From contig CAVYYZ010000011.1 of assembly GCA_963772835.1 (NCBI GenBank), positions 128,001 to 192,000 of the forward strand: DNA of 64,000 nt. The letters are read 5' to 3'. The notes beneath the pieces were generated by a model. The model searched no databases. It saw only the letters and a list, made by a program, of their open reading frames with translations, and was not told where the DNA came from. The translations under genes and the position numbers were made by a program. Below are positions 1 to 8,834 of the stretch, piece by piece (positions within the stretch are counted from its first letter, which is position 1; each line of letters starts with the position of its first letter). This stretch comes from an uncultured delta proteobacterium (lineage in GTDB: Bacteria > Desulfobacterota > Desulfuromonadia > Geobacterales > Pseudopelobacteraceae).

Positions 1-34
1 AACCTCTATCCTACGATATGGGTAATAGCTAAAC

Positions 35-1285
35 GTGATTAAGGTTCTCTATGACATATCGGTACTTGGAATTGGCCACTATTTCATTAAAGCCGGTGTA
101 GTACGAGTTGTGGAAAACATTCTTGAAGGCCTGATTACGAACGATGAATGCAACGTATACGGCCATGTTTCTTCACCGTTCCATCTGCATCCGGCGCTGG
201 ATGCCCTTACATTACTCCATACGTCTGCATGCCCAGTGTGGATACAACCCCGTCACCGTCACCTGTACAGCGGAATTCGGGATCTCGTACTGCGGCATCA
301 GGGTGCCAGATCCGACAAGCTTACAAAATGGTCATTGTTTCTTGCATCGGCAGTGTTGGAGATGGGGCGCTGCTCTCCTATTCCCGAAGCTGATATTTAT
401 CATTCTCCATTTCGTCCTCTCCCCAAAATTGTTGGTAAAGGTAACCGCACGCCGCGATTTCTTACGGTATATGACCTGATACCGCTCCGGTTCCCTGAAT
501 ACTATTCCACCGGGAGCCGGTTCTTCAACGTGGTACGAGATTCATTACAAAGTTTGAAGTCAGAAGATTGGGCGCTCTGTATTTCTGAATCTACCCGCAA
601 TGATCTGTGCGAATATCGCCCCGATCTCAGCCCTGAGCGTGTTATAGTTACCCCGCTTGCGGCCTCCTCTATCTTTCGGCCTTGCCGGGAAAACTCAGTC
701 CTTGATGCAACCAGGCGTAAATACAGCATACCGGACGGTTCCTACATATTGAGTTTGGGAACTCTTGAGCCCCGTAAAAATCTGCCGCGGCTCATCAAAT
801 CGTTTGCTCGACTTGTGAAACAGGAACATATTGCAGACCTTTCGCTGGTGCTGGTGGGTGTAAAGGGGTGGCAGTACGATGAAATATTTCGTGAGGTTGC
901 TGCTACCGGTCTGTCTTATGATCGCATCAATTTTACCGGGTTTATCCCGGATAGTGATCTTTCAGCTCTCTATAGTGGAGCGCTTGCCTTTGCCTATATG
1001 TCACAGTATGAAGGGTTTGGCCTCCCACCACTTGAAGCTATGCAATGCGGTGTGCCGGTGATAACTTCAAATACCTCTTCCCTGCCTGAAGTAGTCGGAG
1101 AAGCCGGGATCATGGTCTCGCCTGATGATGAAGACGGCATTTGTCAGGCGATGCTTGATCTTTACCGCGATTCGACTTTAAGGTCTGAACTTGCGGCCAG
1201 GTCTTTGGAGCGTGCATCTTTATTCAGCTGGGAAAGATGTGTGCATGAAACGGTTGAGGCCTACAAAAAGGCTTTGAACTCTTAA
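35..1285 (+). CDS. Glycosyltransferase family 4 (GT-B, mannosyltransferase-like)
   Basis: 416 aa; motifs [42 protein letters not shown] start. Confidence 0.9.
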   Translation: MIKVLYDISVLGIGHYFIKAGVVRVVENILEGLITNDECNVYGHVSSPFHLHPALDALTLLHTSACPVWIQPRHRHLYSGIRDLVLRHQGARSDKLTKWSLFLASAVLEMGRCSPIPEADIYHSPFRPLPKIVGKGNRTPRFLTVYDLIPLRFPEYYSTGSRFFNVVRDSLQSLKSEDWALCISESTRNDLCEYRPDLSPERVIVTPLAASSIFRPCRENSVLDATRRKYSIPDGSYILSLGTLEPRKNLPRLIKSFARLVKQEHIADLSLVLVGVKGWQYDEIFREVAATGLSYDRINFTGFIPDSDLSALYSGALAFAYMSQYEGFGLPPLEAMQCGVPVITSNTSSLPEVVGEAGIMVSPDDEDGICQAMLDLYRDSTLRSELAARSLERASLFSWERCVHETVEAYKKALNS

Positions 1286-1309
1286 AACAATATATCTGGA
1301 GGTTTTTAT

Positions 1310-2341
1310 ATGAAAGTGCTTGTAACCGGCGGGTGCGGTTTTTTAGGTTCACATGTGTGTGAGTATTACATCGGAAAAGGTGCCGAGGTTGTCGCCTATG
1401 ACAATATGACCAAGCATGAACTTGCAAGAACCGGCTTCGCTACGGAAATTGCACGGGAGTTTAACCGCACGTTTCTTGAGGGGTTGGGAGTCAGAATCGT
1501 GCAGAAAGATGTTCGGGATTTCGAAAACCTGCTGGAAGAGGCGGATGGGTGCGATTATATCATCCATACTGCTGCACAACCGGCAATGACCATAAGCTGG
1601 GAGGACCCGCGCCTCGACTTTACCAGCAACGCTCTGGGGACTTTCAATGTATTGGAAGCGGCACGGTTGCTGAAAATTCCGGTTGCCTGCTGCGCTACCG
1701 TTCATGTGTACGGGAATGAAATTAACGACACCCTTTCCGAGTCTGAAAAACGATATGTCCGGGAGCCTGCAGGTATTGACGAACTTGAGCCGACACTGCG
1801 TGGTACGCTGACACCTCTGCACGCCTCCAAGGCGGCTGGTGATATCTACATTAAAACCTACATTGATACGTATCAGCTCGAAGCGGCCAGTTTCCGATTG
1901 ACCGGCATCTATGGTACCCGCCAGTTCGGCGGGGAAGATCATGGATGGGTTGCCAATTTCGTTATCAGGGCACTGATGGGATGGCCGATTACTCTGTTCG
2001 GTTCCGGCAAGCAGGTACGTGATATAATATATGCCACCGACGTCTGTGCCGCATTTGACGCATTTTATACCACCCGTGCCACCGGAATATATAACATCGG
2101 CGGTGGGCAGAACACCGCCATATCCCTCATTGAATGTGTCGATTTGATAGGGGAGCTGACCGGCACGAGGCCTGATATCACCTATGCGCCTGACAGACTT
2201 GGCGATCTGCGCTATTTCGTTTGTGATACCACAAAAGCGGAGCGTCAGCTTTCATGGAGCCCTTCTGTCATGCCGCGCGAAGGTGTTGCAAGGCTGATCG
2301 ACTGGGTGCAGAAGAACAACCACTGCTTTGGAAGCCGCTAA
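1310..2341 (+). CDS. NAD-dependent epimerase/dehydratase (extended SDR, CDP-tyvelose-epimerase-like, atypical active site)
   Basis: TGGCGFLG Rossmann motif, HTAAQPAM, YGTRQFGGEDHGWV, GSGKQVRD, YNIGGG; GGAGG RBS upstream. Confidence 0.88.
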   Translation: MKVLVTGGCGFLGSHVCEYYIGKGAEVVAYDNMTKHELARTGFATEIAREFNRTFLEGLGVRIVQKDVRDFENLLEEADGCDYIIHTAAQPAMTISWEDPRLDFTSNALGTFNVLEAARLLKIPVACCATVHVYGNEINDTLSESEKRYVREPAGIDELEPTLRGTLTPLHASKAAGDIYIKTYIDTYQLEAASFRLTGIYGTRQFGGEDHGWVANFVIRALMGWPITLFGSGKQVRDIIYATDVCAAFDAFYTTRATGIYNIGGGQNTAISLIECVDLIGELTGTRPDITYAPDRLGDLRYFVCDTTKAERQLSWSPSVMPREGVARLIDWVQKNNHCFGSR

Positions 2342-2351
2342 AGGAGTCGAC

Positions 2352-3068
2352 ATGAAAGCCCTGATACTGGCAGGAGGCCGTGGAAAACGGCTGGACGAAC
2401 TTTCGAAAAATAAGAATAAATGTATGATTGAGGTGCATGGCCGACCGGTTATTGAATACAGCTTGGACAATGCCGCTTCCACGGATGTTGATGAAATACT
2501 GCTTGTTGTGGGGTATCGGGCCGAAGAGATCATCAACAATTATGGAATCAGTTATAAAGGCAAACGTCTGCGTTATGTCCTGCAGTGGGAACAGAAAGGG
2601 CTTGTTCATGCCATGGAATGTGCTTCCGAGGCACTTGCGGGTGACGACTTCATGCTGCTGCTGGGTGATGAAATTATGTTGAATCCGCGCCATGCGGAGT
2701 TAATAACATCCTACAAATCCAGCAATGCTTTTGCCGTTTGCGGCGTCCTTCAAGTAGAAGATTGTGAACTGATCCGTCGAACCTACACCCTGATTCAGGA
2801 TGAGAACCGGGTAATTCACCGGTTGGTGGAAAAACCGCGCAAACCTTTCAATAACCTTATGGGAACGGGCGACTGCGTTTTCAATAACAGGATTCTGGAC
2901 TATATTTCTGTTACCCCGATTCACCACGAAAGACAAGAGAGGGAATTGCCTGATTTGATCCAGTGCGCTATTGATGACGGAATGAGAGTAGTATCTTTTG
3001 ATGTTTGCGATCGTTATGCAAATATTAATTCATGCGATGATATTGTCTTTTCTGAGGCGAATCTGTGA
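2352..3068 (+). CDS. Sugar-phosphate nucleotidyltransferase
   Basis: MKALILAGGRGKRL motif, LLGD, LVEKP; start moved to ATG 2352 behind AAGGAG RBS. Confidence 0.88.
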   Translation: MKALILAGGRGKRLDELSKNKNKCMIEVHGRPVIEYSLDNAASTDVDEILLVVGYRAEEIINNYGISYKGKRLRYVLQWEQKGLVHAMECASEALAGDDFMLLLGDEIMLNPRHAELITSYKSSNAFAVCGVLQVEDCELIRRTYTLIQDENRVIHRLVEKPRKPFNNLMGTGDCVFNNRILDYISVTPIHHERQERELPDLIQCAIDDGMRVVSFDVCDRYANINSCDDIVFSEANL

Positions 3069-3081
3069 CTTGGATAATATA

Positions 3082-4485
3082 ATGGGCATAGGCCGTGTCA
3101 CGGGAAATATTTCCATATTGGTAACAGCAAATTTGATGTCGCAGGGATGTCTTTTTCTTGCTTCGCTCTATTTGGCAAGGACATTGGGTCCGGAAAGTTT
3201 TGGACGGATAAGTTTTGCAGCAGCTTTTGCAGCATTCTTTGTGCTAGTTACAGATTGCGGTTTGACACTTTATGGAATACGAGAAACGTCATGCAATCCC
3301 AAAGATGTGAAGATGGTTGTTAGAGCAATACTACGTGAACGTATTGTTCTAGCCACACTCTCGTTTGGTCTACTTGCAGGAATTACCGCTGTTATCAATA
3401 AACCGTCTGCGATTAGATTGTTGATTTTGTTGTATGGTCTGGGAGCTTTCCCTGCTGCGTTACTAATAGAATGGGCATTTCAGGGGCTCGAACAGTTTCG
3501 TATTGTTGCTTTCGGGAGATTTATCACAGGCATCATATATTTCCTGCTTGTAATTTTATTTGTTCAAGGTCCTTCACAAGAAATGATCCCCCCTCTGGCG
3601 TGGATTGCAACAGGAGGTATTGTTGCGATATTTCTTGGTTACATTTTTTTCAGAGCGTATGGCAGGCCAACTGCATCTGATCCTACCTACGACACTGTAT
3701 ACGGTTTTTTGAGTCTTACCCGGAAAACTTTCCCCATGGGACTTTCACTCATAATGATCCAGATTGTCTATACCATTGATTCAGTCATGCTGGGTTTTTT
3801 AGGTAGTGACACTGATGTAGGAGTGTACGCAGCGGTGTATAAAATCATCCTTGCACTAATTCTTGTGGGGGCTGTGTATTTTGAATCTGTATTTCCATTG
3901 ATGTCACGACTGTGCTCTCGTTCCCATGAGTCCTTTATCGTCTTGCATGGCCTCAATTTAAAAATCGTGTCTGCTTTTATAGCTCCGTTATTTGTTGCCG
4001 GAATAATTTGTGGCGAATTATTGATAAATTTTTTATTTGGCAGAGCCTATTCAAGTGGACTTTCTGCGTACTTAATTCTTCTTCTTTCAGTTGTATTAAT
4101 CTACTACAACATGCTTTGTGCAAGGGGGCTATGGGCTTTTAACAAGCAAAATATATTTTTGATTATTGTGACATTTCAGTCAGTTATAAATGTTTCACTA
4201 AATATGATGTTAATTCCAGAATATGGTATAACCGGGGCCGCTACCAGTACATTGATTGCGGAATTGGTTGGATTGATATTGTATTACAAGTATCTCAGTA
4301 AGATAGTAAGTATTCAAATTGAGTATAGTAATTTGATTCCGTTTGTATTGGCAGCCTGTATGTTTTTGATTTATAAGGCCGTTGATAATGTTATTGTGAT
4401 ATTTCCTTTGTTGCTCGCATATATAACTATTCTTTATGTAACTAAATTCATCACTCGAGATGAATTGCTTGTGTATGAACATTAG
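3082..4485 (+). CDS. Wzx-like polysaccharide flippase (MOP superfamily)
   Basis: Polytopic hydrophobic protein; LARTLGPESFG, DSVMLG, VGVYAAVYK, LIPEYGITGAA; start taken at ATG 3082. Confidence 0.88.
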   Translation: MGIGRVTGNISILVTANLMSQGCLFLASLYLARTLGPESFGRISFAAAFAAFFVLVTDCGLTLYGIRETSCNPKDVKMVVRAILRERIVLATLSFGLLAGITAVINKPSAIRLLILLYGLGAFPAALLIEWAFQGLEQFRIVAFGRFITGIIYFLLVILFVQGPSQEMIPPLAWIATGGIVAIFLGYIFFRAYGRPTASDPTYDTVYGFLSLTRKTFPMGLSLIMIQIVYTIDSVMLGFLGSDTDVGVYAAVYKIILALILVGAVYFESVFPLMSRLCSRSHESFIVLHGLNLKIVSAFIAPLFVAGIICGELLINFLFGRAYSSGLSAYLILLLSVVLIYYNMLCARGLWAFNKQNIFLIIVTFQSVINVSLNMMLIPEYGITGAATSTLIAELVGLILYYKYLSKIVSIQIEYSNLIPFVLAACMFLIYKAVDNVIVIFPLLLAYITILYVTKFITRDELLVYEH

Positions 4486-4499
4486 AATGAGAGGAATGC

Positions 4500-5249
4500 A
4501 TGGAACCGAAATACACTGCTGAAGAAATCGCAACAAAGATTGCATCGGTGCCTTTTTGGGGGCATTCGATTCAGTTGCCGTTTGATATTGTGACGCCTGG
4601 CAAGGTAATGTGCAACATTGATACAATAAATCGTCTTAATTTATCTCAGGATTTAACCGGCATGACTGTTCTGGATATTGGGACGTGGGATGGATTTTAT
4701 AGTTTTGAATGTGAGAAGCGTGGTGCTCGTGTCATGGCGATTGATAACTTGAACCGCCTCAAAAAAAATGATGAAATTTGTTTTCAATCACAGGGAAACA
4801 GCGGATTTGAAATAATAAAAGACATTCTTGATTCTCAGGTTGAATTCAGAGAGATGGATGTCTATCAGATAGATAAGGAGCCAATTGGCACATTTGACAT
4901 CGTATTATTTCTTGGGGTTCTTTACCATCTGAAACATCCTCTGCTGGCACTCGAGAAAATTGCTCAGGTAGTTGAGCAGGATTTATATATTGAAACTGAG
5001 TTTATCAGAACTCCATTCACCAATAGACCAATCATTGAATATCTTGAACATTGTTATCTTAACGAAGATCCGACAAATCATTGCCGTCCGAATATTTCAT
5101 GGTTGAAAAATACGCTTCTGGATTTGGGCTTTTCATCGGTTGATATTCTATATAAGACACCCGCTTCAATTTATAATATCTATCGAATGGTTGTAGATGG
5201 GACGGTTTTCTGTCCTGGAAGAATCATTATTAAGGCGTCAAAAAAATAA
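4500..5249 (+). CDS. Class I SAM-dependent methyltransferase (DUF1698/CmoB-like)
   Basis: VLDIGTWDGFYSF motif I; FDIVLFLGVLYHLKHP. Confidence 0.85.
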   Translation: MEPKYTAEEIATKIASVPFWGHSIQLPFDIVTPGKVMCNIDTINRLNLSQDLTGMTVLDIGTWDGFYSFECEKRGARVMAIDNLNRLKKNDEICFQSQGNSGFEIIKDILDSQVEFREMDVYQIDKEPIGTFDIVLFLGVLYHLKHPLLALEKIAQVVEQDLYIETEFIRTPFTNRPIIEYLEHCYLNEDPTNHCRPNISWLKNTLLDLGFSSVDILYKTPASIYNIYRMVVDGTVFCPGRIIIKASKK

Positions 5250-6529
5250 TGGAAAATACTAGTGATACAAATATTATGAAGATTTCCAACATGAATCATC
5301 ACGTCTTTGGTGCCTGGCGACTCAAAGCCATAAATGCGCGTAGATTCAGCAGAGACTGGCGCAGTTACGCTTATTTACTTGGGAATGGCCGCTTTAAAGA
5401 GGCGCTGAATTTTTTTCGCACCAAGTTTGTAGTGCCAACGGGTGAAGGTTCCTTCTTAGGGTTTGCCAGTCTCTTGAAAAAATACCCTGATTTAGTGCCG
5501 ATGCCGCGCTATATCGAGATGGAAACCACCACCATCTGTAATAAACGTTGTACGATCTGCGAATATGTCTACTGGCCGGAAGGTGAGCAGGTCCGACGTC
5601 ATCTGACTTTTGAAGAGTTCCGATATATGGTTGATCAGTTCCCCGTGCTGGACTGGGTCAATCTTACCGGAGAAGGATCCTCCTTCCTCAATCCAGATTA
5701 TTCCCGAATGCTGCGCTATTTATGGGAACGCGACAGAACATCCATCTGGTTGGTTGACCATCTTGCAGATATTCCTTTTGAACGGTTGGAATCCGATGTT
5801 CTGCCCTATATCCAGGGTATGTATATTTCATTGGATGCAGCAACAAAGGGAACGTATGAGTCAATTAAACTTGGCTGCAATTTTGATAATGTTGTAGAAA
5901 ACCTTACAAGGCTCATTGCGTATAAGAGGGCGAACCGAACTCCGTTCCCTCATTTGTCATTCCGATACGTACTTCTGCAGAATAATATTCATGAAATGCC
6001 CCTGTTTCTGGACCTTTTAAACTCAATTGCCCGCCCGAATGAGTGGGGTGGATCAGCCACGTTGGCTGAGTTTACCGGTCTCCTCTATTTCGATGAAATA
6101 CGTCATCTGTATGTTAATGATATTCCTGTTGGGATAATTGAACAATTAAAAGAGCGAACAAACGGAATTGATTTTGCCTTTGCGCATGTTGAAGAGGGGC
6201 GAAATCCGCCGATTGAGTACTGCAATGCCTGGCTGGAACCCTACATAATGCTGCCGGGATATGCATTGCCATGCTGTGCTGTCATGATGTCAAATCGCAG
6301 GCCTTTTCTGCGGGAGTATGCCTTTGGTAATCTGTTCGATGATGATTTTAACAAGATCTGGCACAGTGAGTACTATACCCGTTTCAGGAGTATGGTGAAT
6401 GACCCGGATGCACCGGTCCCCAAAATATGTGCCGGTTGCAGGGCCTTCAGGACAGAGGAGCGTATCGCCAGAAATGGAGTCTGGGATGTACGGGCGGAAG
6501 ATGGCGGAACTAAGTGCGTCTCCTCGTAG
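5249..6529 (+). CDS. Radical SAM protein with SPASM/Twitch-like C-terminal domain
   Basis: CNKRCTIC (CxxxCxxC), LTGEG, C-terminal CNAW...PCC...CAGC. Confidence 0.88.
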   Translation: MENTSDTNIMKISNMNHHVFGAWRLKAINARRFSRDWRSYAYLLGNGRFKEALNFFRTKFVVPTGEGSFLGFASLLKKYPDLVPMPRYIEMETTTICNKRCTICEYVYWPEGEQVRRHLTFEEFRYMVDQFPVLDWVNLTGEGSSFLNPDYSRMLRYLWERDRTSIWLVDHLADIPFERLESDVLPYIQGMYISLDAATKGTYESIKLGCNFDNVVENLTRLIAYKRANRTPFPHLSFRYVLLQNNIHEMPLFLDLLNSIARPNEWGGSATLAEFTGLLYFDEIRHLYVNDIPVGIIEQLKERTNGIDFAFAHVEEGRNPPIEYCNAWLEPYIMLPGYALPCCAVMMSNRRPFLREYAFGNLFDDDFNKIWHSEYYTRFRSMVNDPDAPVPKICAGCRAFRTEERIARNGVWDVRAEDGGTKCVSS

Positions 6530-7641
6530 TGTATCCACAGATAGCGTTCTATGGTGGTGCAGAGCTTGTTGTAGTCCGTTTCTGCAATTTTCTTACATCA
6601 CTGGGTATTCCAAACGCGCTTCTTACCACCGGTATAACACCTGAAGTCGAACATGATCTTGCCGGTACCGAGATCATTCTAGCCCCTGTGACAACTGACC
6701 GCCTCTACACAAAATACTTCGCCCTGCAGCAGGCCCTTCGTAAGATCCAACACCGTTTCGATGTAATCAACTGCCATAATTTTCCCGCTGAGTTACTTTC
6801 TCTATTTGCCCGCCGGCCCGTGGTCTGGCTCTGTAATGAACCGGAACTGTATCTGATCACTACATCCGGAAGACTGACTTTATTCAGGAAGGCCGCGTTC
6901 AATCTTTTTCTTGCCATCGGTAAATGGATTGTGCGTACCCGGATAGCTGAATCGATTGTTGCAGATGAGGGCAACGCTTCCAGATTCAAGCAGATTTATG
7001 GGGTAGAGCCTGTAATTATAAATTATGGAATAGATCATAACTTCTTTTCACAGTCACCTGATGAAGATATTCGACAACGGCTTGCCCTTTCCGGAAGATT
7101 CCTGTTGCTGCACGCAGGGACACTTACCCCTTATAAAAATCAGATGGCAAGTCTCATTGCGGTACGTGAACTGCGCAGAGATATACCCACAATTCATCTT
7201 GTTCTGGCCGGGACAGGAGAGGGCGAGTACAGGGATAAACTGGAACAATTCATCACAGATAACGACTTGGCAAATTATATCACCTTTACCGGTCACGTAA
7301 GCCGGAATGCCATGCGTAACCTCTATCATGCTTCTGATGTGTTGTTGCATCCCGTGGCTGCCCAAGGCGGGTGGTTAGCCCCTTTTGAAGCGCTTTCTGC
7401 TGGCTTGCCGGTGATTGTTTCACCTGATCTGATGGCAGCAGACATAATTTCATCAAATAAAATCGGAGTTGTGACCTTTGACTATGCCAACGTGATCCGC
7501 GAGTGTTTCACAAATCGTGAAAAATTCCGGGGAATGGCGCTTGATGGAAAAAAATGGGTGCAACAAAACCTTGGATGGGATCAGTTTTGCGGGAAATTAC
7601 GTGATGTCTGCGAACGGGCCGCCAATAGGCACTCAGGATGA
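6514..7641 (+). CDS. Glycosyltransferase family 4
   Basis: YGGAE N-terminal motif, PYKNQ, APFEALSAGLPV; GTG start overlapping previous stop. Confidence 0.85.
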   Translation: MRLLVVYPQIAFYGGAELVVVRFCNFLTSLGIPNALLTTGITPEVEHDLAGTEIILAPVTTDRLYTKYFALQQALRKIQHRFDVINCHNFPAELLSLFARRPVVWLCNEPELYLITTSGRLTLFRKAAFNLFLAIGKWIVRTRIAESIVADEGNASRFKQIYGVEPVIINYGIDHNFFSQSPDEDIRQRLALSGRFLLLHAGTLTPYKNQMASLIAVRELRRDIPTIHLVLAGTGEGEYRDKLEQFITDNDLANYITFTGHVSRNAMRNLYHASDVLLHPVAAQGGWLAPFEALSAGLPVIVSPDLMAADIISSNKIGVVTFDYANVIRECFTNREKFRGMALDGKKWVQQNLGWDQFCGKLRDVCERAANRHSG

Positions 7642-8774
7642 TTTCAAAAATTATCCTCATAAAATCAATTGATGCTATTATTGGCAGAATTTTTGTCCGG
7701 CTGCTGCCACCACCACCGGATCCCCCCGTAACACAAACAATCTCCCGCATACTTGTAATCCGCCCAGGCGGTATTGGCGATGCGGTACTGCTGTTACCCG
7801 CAATTGCTGCAATCAAAAAGCTGCTTCCTGCATCTGAAATCCATATTCTTGCCGAACGGAGAAATTGTACAGTATTCGAGCTTTCTCCGCATGTTTCCTC
7901 GGTTTCTTGCTACGACAATCCGTCGGAATTGTTCCGTGCGGTTCGCAGCGGATATGATGCCGTGATCGACACGGAACAATGGCACCGGTTGTCAGCGGTG
8001 ATTGCCCGCCTAACCGGAGCGCCTCTTCTGGCCGGATTTGGCACGAATGAGCGTAAACGCCAGTTTAATATTTCAGTTACGTATTCTCACGACGATTATG
8101 AAACGACAAGTTTCAGAAACCTGGTGCGTGCCGTTTTGCCTGCATTACCGGATGTTGCGCCCCAGGATAGTATTTCTCTTCCAGAACGAGCTAATCAAAA
8201 AGTTAAATCACTCCTCATGCCACTCTCTGAAGTACACACCTACGTCGCCTTATTTCCCGGAGCCAGTATCCCGGAAAAAACGTGGCCGGTGCAGTCGTGG
8301 CATAATCTTGCTGAACGTCTGTCCGCCTACGGGCTAGGGATTGTGATAGTTGGCGGAGGAGATGTGAAACATATGGTCGATCCGATCATGCGGGGATTGT
8401 CCGGTATAAGTGCCGTAGGGCAATTGACGTTGGCGGAAACTGCGGCGTTGCTGCAGCGTACGCAACTTCTTATCAGTGGAGATTCAGGAGTGTTACATCT
8501 GGCCACCCTTGTTGGGACGCCCACTGTTTCACTCTTTGGGCCCAGCAATTCTGCTAAGTGGGCACCTTCAGGAGAAACCCACCTTGTTGTAGGCAGGCAA
8601 ATTCCCTGTTCTCCTTGTTCAGAGTTTGGAACCACACCCCCCTGTCCTATTAATGCCCGATGCATGCGGGACATCTCCGTCGATGAAGTCGTCAATGCCG
8701 TCACCATGCTGTTAACCAGTGTGGGAGCCATGCCATCACACTGCTGCAAGCGGGATTGGATCGAGACTTCATGA
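7638..8774 (+). CDS. Glycosyltransferase family 9 (heptosyltransferase-like)
   Basis: IRPGGIGDAVL, FPGAS...KTWP, ISGDSGVLHLA, LFGPS, CSPC...C. Confidence 0.9.
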   Translation: MISKIILIKSIDAIIGRIFVRLLPPPPDPPVTQTISRILVIRPGGIGDAVLLLPAIAAIKKLLPASEIHILAERRNCTVFELSPHVSSVSCYDNPSELFRAVRSGYDAVIDTEQWHRLSAVIARLTGAPLLAGFGTNERKRQFNISVTYSHDDYETTSFRNLVRAVLPALPDVAPQDSISLPERANQKVKSLLMPLSEVHTYVALFPGASIPEKTWPVQSWHNLAERLSAYGLGIVIVGGGDVKHMVDPIMRGLSGISAVGQLTLAETAALLQRTQLLISGDSGVLHLATLVGTPTVSLFGPSNSAKWAPSGETHLVVGRQIPCSPCSEFGTTPPCPINARCMRDISVDEVVNAVTMLLTSVGAMPSHCCKRDWIETS

Positions 8775-8834
8775 ACATCCATTCCCGCCTCAAACTGCTG
8801 TTCGTTACCTCTCCGCACGGCTCACCTCCTTCTC

